DNA of 64,000 bases from Piedraia hortae CBS 480.64 (GCA_010093745.1 MU005982.1:124001-188000); one strand, 5' to 3'; counted from the first letter of the stretch, positions 24,411 to 38,456 are shown. Notes: generated by a model not told the origin, from the letters alone. Made by a program: numbers and translations.

Positions 24411-26663
24411 ATGTCGCTCGTTCTGTCGCGAATTGTACAGGCCCGGGCATGGCACAGCCTGGGTAATGGCGCATTATTTTCGACGAGAATAGGACCGTCA
24501 TCGATCCACCGGGCACCGCTCCGCCCTCCGCTGCTTCGCCCTCGATGCCTACTCCGTCCAACGTCCCGAAGATGGCAATCGATGAAAAAAGATGCAGCAG
24601 AAACAGCGGAGACGGCAGAAACAGTGGAGATGGATGATGCAGACGAAGGGTTCAAGAGGTCGGACAAGGCGGCGGCGGCATCTCAAGTGAATCTATCGGC
24701 ACGGCTATCCAAGGACGGTTTAGGCAGTGACAAGGGGAGCTGGCGGGAAGTACGGCGTCTGCTATGGATCGCACGACCGGAGCTGGGCACACTGAGCTGG
24801 GCATTTGGCTTCCTTTTGATCAGCTCTAGCGTCAGTATGAGCGTGCCGTTCAGCATCGGCAAGATCCTTGACGCAGCGTCCAGCGATTCGGGCACGCTCC
24901 TAGGAATGTCGATGGAACAGTTCTACGTGGCTCTTGCGGCGCTGCTTGCGGTTGGCGCAAGCGCCAACTACGGCCGCATCTACATCCTGCGCATTGTCGG
25001 CGAGCGAATCGTAAGCAAGTTGCGTAGCCAACTTTTCAAGCGGACGGTGGTGCAAAACGCAGAGTTCTTCGATGCGAACCGTGTTGGCGACCTCATCTCG
25101 CGGCTCGGCAGTGACACCATCATCGTCGGCAAGAGCATCACGCAGAACGTGTCGGACGGGCTGCGATCGGGTGTCTCTGCGGGTGCAGGACTGACAATGA
25201 TGGCGTACGTGTCGTGGAAGCTGACGGGCGTGTTGGCTGCTTTCTTCCCGCCCATCGCCATCGGTGCCTTCTTCTATGGCCGCGCAATTCGCAGTCTCAG
25301 CCGGCGCATCCAGCAAAACCTTGGGACGCTCACAAAAATTGCAGAGGAGCGGATTGGCAATGTGCGCACTGCTCAGGCCTTTGCTGGCGAGCTTCAGGAG
25401 GTTCATCGCTACAATGCGCAGGTCAGGCGCATCTTTAGCCTGGGAAAGCGAGAGGCTGGAATAGCCTCCATCTTCTTCTCGGCAAGTGGTTTCATGGGCA
25501 ACATGACGTTCATCGCACTGCTCTACGTGGGCAGCGGCATGGTACGGAGTGGCGCGCTGACCATTGGCGATCTTACATCGTTCCTAATGTACGCTGGATA
25601 CGCCGGATCCAGTTTATTTGGGCTTTCCGCATTCTACTCGGAATTGATGAAAGGCGTTGGGGCCGCATCGCGACTGTTTGAGCTGCAAGATCGATATCCC
25701 GACATCAGTCCGACCCGCGGAGATGCCGTGGCCAGCGCAAGAGGCCCGATTCGCTTCCAAAATGTATCATTTTCCTACCCCACGCGGCCGGCCGTGCGAA
25801 TATTCTCTGACCTCACCTTTGAAATCCCCCAGGGTAGCAATGTAGCCATTGTGGCCCCGTCGGGCGCCGGCAAGAGCACAGTAGCCAGCCTTTTGCTCAA
25901 ATTCTACAAGCCCACGGGCGGCACAATTACAATCAACGGCAAGGACATCCAGACCATGAACGCCAAACAACTTCGAAGGAAGATTGGCTACGTGGGCCAA
26001 GAGCCGGTGCTCTTTTCCGGCACAATCGCCGAGAACATTGCCTATGGCAAGCCGTGGGCTCAGCGAGGCGAGATTGTCCATGCGGCACGGCAGGCCAATT
26101 GCCTCTTCATCAGCGACTTTCCAGACGGCTTAGAGACCTCTGTTGGGTCGCGAGGCACGCAGCTATCTGGTGGGCAAAAGTGAGTTCTCTTTCTGTCATT
26201 GTTACCGCCCCACTAACGTTTGAATAGACAGCGCATAGCGATTGCGAGGGCATTGCTCAAAGACCCAGATATCCTAATCCTAGACGAGGCGACATCAGCG
26301 TTGGATGCCGAGAGCGAGACGCTCGTCAACGCTGCCCTGGGCCGTCTACTTCAGTCTCACAACACCACAATTTCCATTGCACATAGGCTATCGACTATTC
26401 AGCGCAGTGACATCATCATCTGCATTGGGTCTGATGGAACCGTCGCCCAGCAGGGACGGTTCGCTGATCTTATGAGGGACAAGGATGGTGTGTTCAGGAA
26501 ACTCGTCGAGTCCCAGATGCAGATGGCTGGAAACGTGCAGAGACAGGACAAGGTTGACCCTATGCGGAGTGAGAGCACCGATCAGCTTGGCAGAGATGAT
26601 CACGAACGGGAAGAAGAGGTCGAAGAGGAGGTCGCCGAGGAGCAGAGTGAAAGGAGAAAGTAG
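24411..26663 (+). CDS. MDL1: Mitochondrial half-size ABC transporter (Mdl1/Mdl2/ABCB10 family)
   Basis: Arg-rich presequence, TMD, Walker A APSGAGKS, signature LSGGQKQR across intron 26180-26227, Walker B LILDEATSALD. Confidence 0.92.
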
Positions 26664-27485
26664 TGTACAAATTAGGATATCTCATCTCTGATCGATGCAT
26701 CGCGAAGGATTGATTAGGGAGCCACAATTTCGGCCCGCCAGCCGACCATACGTCAAGAGGGCTGATTTGAACGGGAGCTTTGTGGCGACTACCTGCCATC
26801 GTTTGTCAAGGATGTGGCAGCCATCAAGGGTGGTCTGTCTGATCGTTGAGTCATGTGAGCCAACCAATCACGCTAATCGCGGGGCTTTTGAAGATGGGGG
26901 CCGGGAAAGTGCGAACTCGAACAGGCTTAGACAAAGAAGAGTTCTGAGCGGGTTCAAGCTACCGGCTAAAAATACCGATCGCAGCTGTCAGGTGGGCGAC
27001 AACTAGACACAAGGTGACATGCAGTCTGTGCAACAGCAGCTCTCAAGCTACAGTTAACGCAGGTCAGAAACGATGCAGACGCCCGACCGCTGCCCTTACA
27101 TGGGTCTGCCCGTCGCGTGCAGATTCGTTACCGGTCGCGTGGGGAAAGTGTGGAGGTGGCGCAGTCGATTGCGGAGCAACCGCGGTTCCGATGAACCACC
27201 CTTGTCAGTTTGATGGACTGTCTTTGGCAAGGAAAATTTTTCATCAGCGAAGAATGGACCAGTAGGTAGACAATATGAGGAAATTTACTTCATGATAGGT
27301 CCACCAAGTCAGAGATAACGAGATCGCCACTTATCTCGGACGTGACCGCTGGGCAACCAAGTCTCGCTTAACTCCGGCTCTGAAGGCTGAAAGCCTACAA
27401 GCCGCGCAGGCTGTACTTTGGACATCTCCTGACCCCTCATTCCAATACCTCTCACTTTCTCTCCCTCTCTTATATTCTCGTAGGA

Positions 27486-29215
27486 ATGGCCCATCACTAC
27501 GATTCAGAAAAAGGCATGGATGTTGAGCTGCAATATGCTGGCTCTAATCCTGCCAATCATGGAATGTCTCCAACGACTCCCAATGGCAAGAACAGCCAAC
27601 CAGGAGATGAAAATCACAGCCTGCACCGCGGATTAGCGGCGCGACAGGTGTCCATGATTGCAATTGGCGGCGCTATCGGAACGGGCTTGATTATAGGCAC
27701 TGGCTCTTCTCTGGCCAAATCCGGTCCCGGTGCCATGTTGGTGTCGTACTCGATCGTCGGTCTAATAGTCTATGTTGTGATATCGGCCCTCGGTGAGCTC
27801 GCGACTTGGCTTCCTGAGGGCGGATTCGCTGCTTATGCCACTCGCTTTGTTGACCCTGCCCTCGGATTTGCTCTCGGTTACACTTATTGGTTTAAGTACA
27901 TCATCGTCACCCCCAACCAGCTCACTGCCGCTGCTCTAGTGATTCAGTACTGGATGCCACCTGAAAAGGTCAACCCAGGAGTCTTCATCACCATCTTTCT
28001 CATAGCCATCATCGTCATCAACTATCTCGGAATCAAATTCTTTGGGGAGATTGAGTTTGTTATGAGCAGTATCAAGGTGCTCGTTCTCATCGGCCTGATA
28101 ATTCTGTGCATTATCCTCGCTGCTGGTGGCGGCCCCAATCATCAAGCAACTGGCTTCAAATACTGGCATCACCCGGGTGCATTTTCTGAACACATCAAAA
28201 AGGGGGCCGCTGGCAGGTTTTTGGCCATATGGTCGAGCATGGTCTCTGCCGTTTTCGCCTTTTTGGGGACGGAGCTTGTCGGTGTGACCGTGAGCGAGGC
28301 AGAGAATCCAAGGAAGAATGTGAGTTTTTCCCCCTTCAATACATCTTTTACTAAACTGCCCAGATCCCGCGCGCCATCAGATTGACCTTCTGGCGCATCC
28401 TTGTCTTCTACATTTTCCTCATCCTGCTCCTCGGCATGATTGTCCCCTACAACAGCGACAAGCTCATCTTCGCAACGAAGCAAAGCAGCTCTGCAGCCGC
28501 AAGCCCCTTTGTGGTTGCCATCAAAATTGCGGGCATCAAGACCCTCCCAGGCTTCTTCAACGCCTGCATCTTGCTGTTCGTCTTCAGCGCGGCAAATAGC
28601 GATTTGTACATTGCCTCGAGAACACTCCACTCGCTCGCCCAGAAGGACCAAGCCCCGAAGTTCCTCTCCCGCACCGACACGCGTGGCGTGCCATGGCCAG
28701 CGCTCTTCTTCTCCGCCATGTTCTGCTGCCTTGCCTACATGAGCGTGTCGTCCGGGTCCAAGGTCGTCTTTGGCTACTTTGTAAACCTCGTCTCCATCTT
28801 CGGTCTGCTGACCTGGATATCCATCCTAGTCACGCATATACACTTTGTCAAAGCCCGCCGCGTGCAAGGCGTCACCGACAAAGCCTGCCGCTATGTGTCG
28901 CCATTTGGCCGCATTGGCAGCATCATCGCGTTGGCATTTTGCTGTGTCATTGCCTTGACCAAGAACTACGACGTCTTTGTCGGCAAGTTCGATTACAAAA
29001 ATTTCATCACAGGGTATCTTGGCATCCCGCTTTATCTGATAATGATCTTTGGCTGGAAGATTGTCAAGCGCACAAAAGGCGTACCCGCAGCACAGGTCGA
29101 TCTTTTCTCTGGAACGCAGAAGTTTGATGACGAGGAGATTATGTGGAAGGAGCGTGAAGCCGCAGAACCGAAAAGGCATTGGTTGTACAGGTATACGCTG
29201 GGATTGTTGTTTTAG
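27486..29215 (+). CDS. DIP5: APC/YAT amino acid permease, Dip5-like
   Basis: RQVSMIAIGGAIGTGL, FLGTELVGVT..EAENPRKN|IPRAI across intron 28320-28363, many TM helices. Confidence 0.85.
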
Positions 29216-29984
29216 TGGGTTGATTCCAGGGGCGTTAGTAGAAGAAATTTACATGTTTCATGAGTTCTGTAGATGATGACCTCCAGCAGACTATCTGGTT
29301 GAAAGATCAATCAAGCTGTGGCTTTTTATTCGTTGAGTCTTAATAGATACCATTAAACGGGTCCTGTCGAAGGCATCGAGGAAAGTTGAAACGCAAGATG
29401 ACATAATATCTTTCTTCCTCAGGCATACTGTAGCAATTTAGCAATTTTCTTGCACATGATTGGACATCTCATCTAACAACCTTTATGTTAAGGATTCAGA
29501 GCGGTGGGCTCAAGGATCTGTGAGATGTTCGTGCTTCTAGATATATTACACCAAACCCAGGTAGAACGCTTTCCATTGTACACCGATGTGCGCGATGAAA
29601 CCGGCAATTCGCCAAATCAAGCTCTCGAGTAGCCTAAAGAGGAAACCAATAGTGGACTAACGTCCCGATGGCAAAACTCTGCATTTGCCTGCCTACTCTC
29701 TCTCCACTTACTGCGTGCAAATATATCCTTTGCCTGGTTTTGCCGTCCCGCATCTCGGACTTGACTAAACAGTAAAATAGACAGTAAAAGCACATTTGTG
29801 CTTTTGGCTCGTGTTGCGATGTAACTCAGCTGCTTACCTGTACGTCTGTCTGTGGCGAGGCAAAAAAGATCATGGAAGAAGAACAAATGACGATAACTGT
29901 CGAAAATAATTTCAATGGTCGGCTATTTACAACTTGGCTACAAGCTTTGCCCGTTTCACATAAGGGAATGAGGCTGGCAATATG

Positions 29985-31046
29985 TTACTTGCTAGGGGGA
30001 TATGAAGATCCACCCTTGGGCCCCGAGCCTCCATTGGAACCAGAATCGCCGCCCGAGCCGGAGCCGGAGCTGGAGCCGGAGCTGGAGCCGGAGCTGGAGC
30101 CGGAGCTGGAGCCATAGTTGCCCCCAGAGCCAGAACCTGAGCCAGAGCCACCTTTAGAGCCGGAATCACCACCAGAGCTGGAGCCGGAGCCAGAACTGCC
30201 TTCAGAACCAAGGCCTCCTTTGGAGCCCGAATCAACACCAGAGACCGAGCCACCCTTGGAACCCGAGCTGCCGCCCGAGCCTGAACCTGAGCCTGAGTTA
30301 CCCTTCGAGCCCGAGTCGTTCCCCGAGCCAGAGCCTGAGCCTGAACCACCCTTCGAGCCCGAGTCACCACCAGAGCTGGAACCGCCCTTAGAGCCGGAGT
30401 CACCGCCCGAGCCCGCGCCAGAACCGGAGCCGGAGCCAGAGCCAGAGCCACTCTTGGAATCGGACTCGCCTGTAGAGCCGGAGTCACCGCCAGAACCAGA
30501 ACCAGAACCGGTGTCAGAGCCACTGCCTGAGTTAGAGCTAGAGCCAGAACCGTAGGTGCTTCCAGAGCCCGAGCTCGAGCCCGAGCCCGAGCCGCTACCT
30601 TCAGAGCCAGAGCCAGAGCCACCTTTAGTGCCAGAATCACCACCAGAGCCTGAGCCCTTGGACCCAGAACTTCCGCTGGAGCTGGAACTGCCCTTAGACC
30701 CAGACTCCGTTGTGGTAGCCTCGCAAGATGGAATAACTACAGCACCGTAATCACCACTTGTAGTGATGCTCCACTTCTGGCACTTGGAGACGCCGACAGT
30801 AACACTAGTGTAGACGTAAAAAGTGGCGGGAACGGCTGCAGCACTAGCGGCCTCGACCCAATTGGCACATTGTGGGACGGCCTTGTCCGCATCATACGAC
30901 TTGAAAGTCCACTGAGAGCAGTCCTTCTTCCCAGTATTGGTGATGACCTCGCAGTCGGTGGTCTTGTACGAGAGTGGCTCGCCAGTTGGTGCGGCATAGG
31001 CGGCAGCCGCAACAAGGACCATAGTGGTAAGCCGAGAAGAACGCAT
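29985..31046 (-). CDS. Secreted Gly/Ser-rich repeat protein
   Basis: Signal peptide [18 protein letters not shown], Cys-containing N-domain, about 235 aa of [20 protein letters not shown] repeats; TATA-like TATAAAA upstream (~31128-31134). Confidence 0.82.
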   Translation of the reverse strand: MRSSRLTTMVLVAAAAYAAPTGEPLSYKTTDCEVITNTGKKDCSQWTFKSYDADKAVPQCANWVEAASAAAVPATFYVYTSVTVGVSKCQKWSITTSGDYGAVVIPSCEATTTESGSKGSSSSSGSSGSKGSGSGGDSGTKGGSGSGSEGSGSGSGSSSGSGSTYGSGSSSNSGSGSDTGSGSGSGGDSGSTGESDSKSGSGSGSGSGSGAGSGGDSGSKGGSSSGGDSGSKGGSGSGSGSGNDSGSKGNSGSGSGSGGSSGSKGGSVSGVDSGSKGGLGSEGSSGSGSSSGGDSGSKGGSGSGSGSGGNYGSSSGSSSGSSSGSSSGSGSGGDSGSNGGSGPKGGSSYPPSK

Positions 31047-34000
31047 GATTGATTTTGAGATGTTGTTGATGTTGAGCTTGTGTACGAACAGTGATCGAGA
31101 TGCAGATTGGAGGAGCAATAGCCTGGCCTTTTATAGCCAACTGCAAAGACTGGATTCGTGGAGCTGTCGGAACAACGTGCATCTCGATATGCACTCATTC
31201 AACCAACCTCGGAGTCGACTGTGCCTGTTTCCAAGATTCTGTCCAACCGCCCCCCCCCCTCCCGGCACAGAGCCCGGAACTGACGCGCGTCCAGAAACAA
31301 GTGCGAACTTGAGCGCTCGCAGCTGTGGTGCAGGCTTTGCATAAGCAGCCAACTGTTATAGCGCCGCTTATTCAATCTCATTGGAGACCCAAAGGCGCAG
31401 AGATCTGTCAGGTTTACAGGCGAATGGGTGGTAAAAAATGCCAGATAGCAAAATGATCATGGACTTTTGGCAGATAGTAGAGGTTCAACCATGCCCGTCT
31501 TCTTTCTTACGGCAAGCTACTTCATCGGTCGGAGCTTGTTTCCACCGGCCTCATTCTCTATTTGGAACACCGTGTCGCCTTGGACTTGTCATCATTCAAT
31601 TGTGCCCGAACCGGTTCGCCGAAGGTTACCAGGTGCCATGCATTGCGCAGAATTTCTATGTATTGCTCATGCCGGTGCAAGTTACCAAAGTTCGGACCTG
31701 CGTTACAAGGCAATTCATGGTCTTGCCATGCTCTACGAGAACTGCACGAGGAGAGAAAAGTCTAGAGAATCGGCAACGCTGTGGCCAATGTCGGGTGAGC
31801 GCGTTTCACGTCCTCGTCACGGCTTCCTAAGCCACATGAATGGCTCAATAACCGCGTACTTCCACAAGCCGCGTGTTCTGAAGGGAAAGCCGAGAAGGAA
31901 TGCGTCGTTGTCGTTGTCATCCGCCCCGGCGGCAAGTCCTGCTGGATCCCCGCATTTTAGCCCCACATCGTCCAACCGCTTAGATCTGATTGGCGCTTGG
32001 GTTGGATGGACCGCCAGTTGGACTACGTTGAAGGCTGACCTCATCGTCACGCCGTTTGTTGTATTCTTCAGGAAGTGACTTATTTACGCAGCACAACTGT
32101 CGAACGAACGTTGAGGCAGTCCTTGCTGCTCTTTGTTTTTGCCCTGTTGGGCTATTCGGCTGATCGTCAGAGGAGTTCTTTGTCGGAGCTGAATCGTCTC
32201 GTGCCTGCATGTCGGGAACCTTATAGACATTGGAAGTTCGTCTAATATTGCCACTTTTCGTAAGCTATTGGATCAACCCTTCCGTAATGTGCATGTAGTT
32301 TGTAGCATTCTGCCAAGACGTCGGAGACCTTAGCTCTGTTCGCACTTCGGAATGCTGTTCGGCAAGTGGACTGCTGGACTGTAACTGTCTTCAGCCAATG
32401 CAGCCTCCTTCGGGAGCATGGAGCTGAAGTCAGTGATTTGGGGGAGTGCTATCGCCGCTGGCCTTGGTAATGTGCAAGGATGAAGGACAGGCCGGCCTCA
32501 AGGATCATGTCTGCCAAGTACCAAAGACAGTAGAACACTCAGCAGTGTTCGTTGTGTCTGGGCGGGCTCCTGGCACTCAGCCTCGAGGCTTGATTCGTAC
32601 GTCCTATCGACACCTTCTAGGTCAGAGTCAAGATCTCATCGATCTTCTGATGTACTCTAGCAAATTCTCTGGGCGATTGACTCTTGCCCATTGAAACAAC
32701 CCAAGCTAACCGTCAAGGGCATACCAAGCCTTGAATAAGACTCCGTAACCATTGCTGCTGCCTCAGCGGCAGGTCAGCTCTTGTTTAGCAAAAGGTTGCG
32801 CGGCCAGTTGGCCAAAGTCCGTTCCATTCAGATCACTTCTCGTCACTGCACCGTTGAGTGGCTCGTGTTCCTCATGCACAGACCCAGTGCATTCGCTGTA
32901 TCCTTCATGTGATTGCCCACGCTATATCGTCACGGTCGTCCTCGTCCTCCCAGCATGTGCGTCCTTGGACCATGAATCACCCAGCTACCGGCTGGGCAGT
33001 TGAAATGCATTCAGTGAGCACCATGCGGCAACCTTGCCAGCTGCTCTGATTGAGCTGCTTGCCCTGCTTGAAAAATTTACGGTGAGACCGGCGCTGTGCG
33101 GTGTCTGCTATGTACGCAATCAGTCACCGGGGCGAGTCGCGCCGCGCTGATGACCAAAGCCGACACGGATATCCCACAAGTGTTTACTGCGATCGTGAAA
33201 AGGTCGACGCAGGACTACGTGGCAGAAGCACGCCGGCTAAGCTGACTCTCTTGCACATTGGAACCGGCAGGCAAGATAAGCACTCAAGAAGCCTTAGACC
33301 TCGACAGTGTAGATCACAGGTGAGTTGGGAAGCAAAGATTATGTAGAGGCCTTTAATTGCAGAGGATTTTGCTGGCAAAAACTTGGGTAGCCACAGATTG
33401 TCCAAACCCGTGGCAGCGAGATAGGTTTGAATATTTCCAGAAAATCTCCATGTGTTCAATAAATTCTGGCCCTCTTGTCTTGGAGACATGGCTTTTGTTC
33501 ACATCCGCGTCTGCGCTGCGCTGCAGTTGCGTCGCGTCCCAGAGCTTGAACCAAATTCGCGTGGGATCTGTGGGTTGAGCTTCGTGCGGAAATGCATGCA
33601 ATGAATGGGAGGATGGACATGCGATGAGGGGTCGAGACTGGCTGACGAATGGGTGGTTGCTGTCGGTGGTGGGAGGCCGAGGGCAGATAGCGCTATTGAC
33701 CGAGAGCTCAGCGCAAACGTCAGCAAGACGTTCGCCAGGCTTGTTACAAGCTATTCGATGGCAGCGACAGCTAAGGAGCTTATTAGCATTTTCTGGTGCT
33801 TCCTAACGAGCCCGCTGAACGTTTACCTCCATGCCCGGCTCGCCGACTCACACTTGACCTCGCCACGGGAGGGAGCAGCGCACAGCTCCGCTTCAAAGAA
33901 CCGAGCAACCTCTTGCCAGGGGCAACCATCATCGTAAGCTGTTCAACAGGCGCACACGAGAGACTCCGCCCGCCGTGTCCAACTCTCTTGTGGGAGCAAG

Positions 34001-35948
34001 CCCCCAAGGCCAACGCTAGAACACGCGAGTCATACAAGCCGTGCTAAAACTTGCCAAGAAAATGACGCTTGGGCCAGTGACACTGCCGCAAATTTGCAAC
34101 ACTTTTGCTTTTGCACTTGTGACAAAGCTCACGCGTCCGCCGCATCATGATTTCTTTTCTTCCTCATATGCTCATCCCTCCTATTCAACTCTCTGCAATC
34201 TTGCTCACGACATTAATCATACACATGTTTGGAGATCGTGCACGAGGGCACAGTTCAACGTCCGCCGGCGCCTCGTCTGCGAAAATTTTGCTCAACCGTA
34301 CCAACACGGCTACTTCAAACGCCTTGCTGCGCTATAAATATCACGCACAGTCTTTAATGCTGGAGTTAAGGCTGATTGGAACCAATTCTCGATGAGCTCA
34401 AAATGCTATCTATGCGACCAGTGCCAAGTCTGCTCGCGAGGCCAGCAGCTAGAATTTGAGTATAGTATGTCAAGACGACCCACCGGAACGAGTCAGTGGC
34501 AGCAACACTCTTACCAACTTTCTATGGCCATGAAAGATGCCGGAATCTCTGCGCAGTCGGAAGTTTGTTCTAACTCTGCGGCTCGGAAGATTTGACAGTT
34601 ACACCACAAAACCATTGGCCTGACTGAGATGCAAATGATGTTGTTGTTAGCACCGATGGTCAAACATGACAAATTCAAGAAAAAAACGTCGGAAACAAGA
34701 AAAAATTTCGAGACTCTTGATGGCATGAAGCCTCGTTGCTATGAGCATAAGAACATATACCGCACGAGTTTCCTAAGCATTTCTCCCATGACGAGCTTAC
34801 ACCTGTTAGGTGTGTAAACGATTGTGATGAACGGATAACTGTTGTGGGGGATATGAGGTATCTTGTCTAAACGCCTGACGACCAAAGCGTTAATTTGCCC
34901 GAGCCATCGCGAGAGCTCTTGGGGTTTGCTTTGATGTGTCGAGATGCCTGACGCCTCTTTTGATAAAGGGAAACTGCACGCGTAACCCAGCGCACGCCAG
35001 AGCGGCAAACATCTCGCAGCTGAAGAATTTGATGGGAAGCCGGGTTCGCGCGAAGCCTGTTAGACGAGCCTACCCGAATCATTTCGATCCTGGACCGAAA
35101 GTCGACAAATCTTGTTGGACAACAAAGAACATCTGGTCTTGACTTTAACATCTATCCTGGCCTTGGAGCCAATATCAAGCTCACTTCGTTGTTCGGCATC
35201 GTCGACCATCTGCGGGGCTTGTCTGGCTTGAGATACGCGACTACTCCCATTGAAGGAAAGATCCTTACTGCCCACCATTCATCAGTGCTGGAGACGAGGG
35301 TACAGGATTTGATGGCTTGTTGAGTAATAACCACATACCGCCCTATCTACTGCCCTCTTTTCCCGATTGTAACATGGACTGGACAGTCTGTGAACAAGAT
35401 CAAGCTCAGAAACCTAGCGAACCAATCCAAAGAATATCTTTTGAGGTGATAATTGTTGCACTTTGGTTATCAAACCGCGCAGGAACTGGCATCAGTTCAT
35501 GCGGATAGCCATTGTCTTGGTCAACCAACACCCCACGGGCGCCCAGAAATGAAGAAAATTCCTCAAGAAGACAATTTGTTGCGATGTATTTGCTGCCACT
35601 GGCCGACTAGTCTTGTGCCCATGTTAAGCTTGTCAACAGTTGCCAATTTTGCCACGTCAAACTCTGATTTTTTGACGTCAACGACCTCTTTGGACGCGCC
35701 ACGAAGTGATATCTACTGATACCCCTAACGCAACGGACGTCAGGTTAGTGGTGTTTACTCCTGACCAAAGCTTTCCGGTATACCCCAGCCTGACACACAC
35801 TGATGGCCTAGACCCCAAATTTAGGGGAACACGTTTTCATGTCCGCTCTAAAAGTGTTGCCTCTGTTTCTGGAGTGAAGCTACTAAGGGGAGTTACCAAG
35901 CTGCACTGGAAGTGACCTTTACGCACAACCCAATACGTTGCTCATGTC

Positions 35949-36176
35949 TGTTACGGCGAGGCTGTGCGTGCGCGGGACGACCCGCGCCGCCTAAGCGCAC
36001 AGGGAATTTGATACACCGACGCGCCCTGCTAGTTATTCATAGCTACGCTCGCTAGCACGCACGAATGAACGCCGCTTCTAGATTGGTTTATAATATCCTA
36101 GCTTCCCAGTAGATAGCAGTCTGGATTGTCCTCGTTGTTGGGACTTATTGAACCTTTTCCTCTGAGCACCCTAACA
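35949..36176 (+). mobile_element. Solo LTR, family D
   Basis: TGTTA...TAACA ends, TSD ATGTC (35944-35948/36177-36181). Confidence 0.92.
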
Positions 36177-37424
36177 ATGTCCACTTCAAGCTTCCAATTT
36201 TGTGTGTACATATCCAGGCACCTGCGCACCAAAGGCAAATACTGGTCTCGGAGACATCTTATAATTTCGGGTGGGGAACTCTGCGGACCGGCCAGAGGAC
36301 TATGTACGGTGGCTTGGCGCTACCCGAGCAGGGATGTGCCAGGATGATGTAAGTGGCTGAGCTTGAGCTCGCGACACACTCAATAACGCTAAATGCTCAG
36401 TATTAGTGCAACTATTGGTGTGGTAGAGTCGTGAACCAGGCTGTATATGTTGCAGAGGGAGCGAAGGCGGATGATACCTGTTGGAGACGGATTGTGAATG
36501 TTGAATCAAGCCTTATGATGTGGACCAGTTTATGCTTCGATTCCAAGACACCAGCATCGCACAGCATGAACCATTTGCCTTGAATGCTTACAAAGCGCAC
36601 TCAAATCGTTATGATTGCCTTTCATTTTCTGAAGCTGTGTCAGTAATGGTCCATGAAAAGTTATAACTTGACAATTTACTCTTCCGCTGACCTACCTTCG
36701 CCAACTGCCCCAACTTCGGATGTGGAGGCCAAGTATGGGCTGCCAGAAGGTGGCAATATCATAGAATGCGAGAATGGGCCACCAACCGGGCCGTTTCGGT
36801 CGATCTTCTCGCCGAAATCGTTTTGAACAAGTGCCATTGCCCGGGAAGCAAGTGTGCAACCTTAATTTTATGTAATCATTTGTACTGGGATGTATTAATA
36901 GATGTTTTCAACGTAAATCATTTTTACAACTGCTATAACGCGTGAATCGCGTCTGCGCCCTCTATTCAATCCTCCTCTCATACTCAACGCCAATGTCATT
37001 CATTATCCAATGATGATATGTTCGTCATATCGCGTGAATTTTAGACAACATATGATGATCATATCATTTGGGTGATCATATCTTCGTCATATGTTGAGGA
37101 TATGCTGGAGATATGATGCGGGGTTGGCTGTGTACGCTGATGTCGAAATTTGTTAATTTCGTTCCCCCTTCTGATGTGTGTCTAGACCTTGGGATAAACA
37201 AATTGCAAGATTGTTCAGGGTATATGCGACAAGATTGAGATGATACTTTCATGTAAGAAACAGGCAAAATGTGGTTAAGAGACAGATCCGAATCCCATTA
37301 GGACATTACGTGAGTCTATGTACAGCTGGTGCTGAGATTCAGCTTTTCCCGACTTTGACTGACCAACAACGATTACTTTCTCCATTACCCCAACATGGGG
37401 CTTTTTCAGACTGCGGTACAACTT

Positions 37425-37813
37425 CTAGAGCAAAGCATCCGCAGCGAAGGCACCCGAGGATTGTCCACCCCTGGCGAATGTGACATTACGAACCAGCTCG
37501 CTGAAGTCCACACTGCCCAAGGCCGCAGGAATATGCTGGGTCCTGAGTGTCGAGAATCCACGCAAACTCGCGTTGTTGCGAGCAATCTCCAACACCTCAG
37601 CAACAAGATATTGCAGCACAGCGGCAAGGAACACTGGCGCTGCCCTGTGGATACGGCAGCATGTGACTTTCCTTAAATTGCGCTGCACATGTCCCACTGG
37701 GAAGATAACGCCGGCCCTATCTGAGCGGCTGGAGAAGTCAGTAATTGAGTTTCAACCTCGCCAGCATTGCAAACTCACCGAACGAGAAAGGTACGTGGCT
37801 TACTGGATGGCAT
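37425..37813 (-). CDS. Highly divergent short histone H2A variant 2 (112 aa, 2 exons)
   Basis: Exons 37813-37779 and 37728-37425; MPSSKPRTFLVRRSDRAGVIFPVG...APVFLAAVLQYLVAEVLEIARNNA...RNVTFARGG; same intron position as variant 1. Confidence 0.82.
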
Positions 37814-38159
37814 TGCAGCAGGTTAGAAGTGGTCGGTTGGGGATTCGTGGCGAGCTGGCGAATGTGTAGGTGGAAGTAGGATCGAAGATCGGACAGGAAG
37901 GTCAGAACGGGTTCCAAGTCCATGGAGGCGACCACGTCATACGAGGTGGTGTGGAAAGAGAGCTACGAAGGACGTGCATTGACGTTAGACGGCTGAAGAG
38001 CAACGACCGTTGCCCTGTAGACATTCACAGACCCTGCGCCGGAGGTTTATCCAAAGGAAAAACTACTCCTAATGCCAGAATGTGAATAATTGACCAGGAT
38101 GAGCACCCCCAGTGGTTTTATGAGAAGTCTAGTGAATCGGATTGAGCCTACCACAGACA

Positions 38160-38456
38160 GGGAGCTTTTGCTAGAAGATTTCCCTCAGGGTCATGTCGCA
38201 TGCGACATGGTGAATGCGCCCTGCTACTGTTTGAGGTGAATCATGGAGTAAGACTGCATGCTGACGGTTTCACTGCATGTATGACCATTTGCTTATGGTC
38301 ATACGATTGATGAATCTTCATACCGGGTTACGAGCGGGCCTTCCAGCGTAGGGTATATTCTCTGATGTCCCCTCGTAGATATACATTTCATTCACTCATA
38401 CACACATCTCTACTTTCCATCAATCGTTCTCACTCGCACAAAACATCTCTGTTTCA
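38160..38456 (+). mobile_element. LTR remnant, C-related subfamily
   Basis: Reverse complement of ~50025-50310; 5' part shares CCCTCAGGGTCATGT...GAATGCGCCCTGCTA with family C. Confidence 0.75.

Noticed and set aside
29872..30750. (Glu-Pro)n and Ala/Leu-rich ORFs
   Set aside because: Antisense and alternative-frame shadows of the Gly/Ser repeat gene.
31400..35900. Many short ORFs, possible decayed gene
   Set aside because: No recognisable motif or consistent exon chain; the same applies to ~8400-10500 and ~50400-52700.
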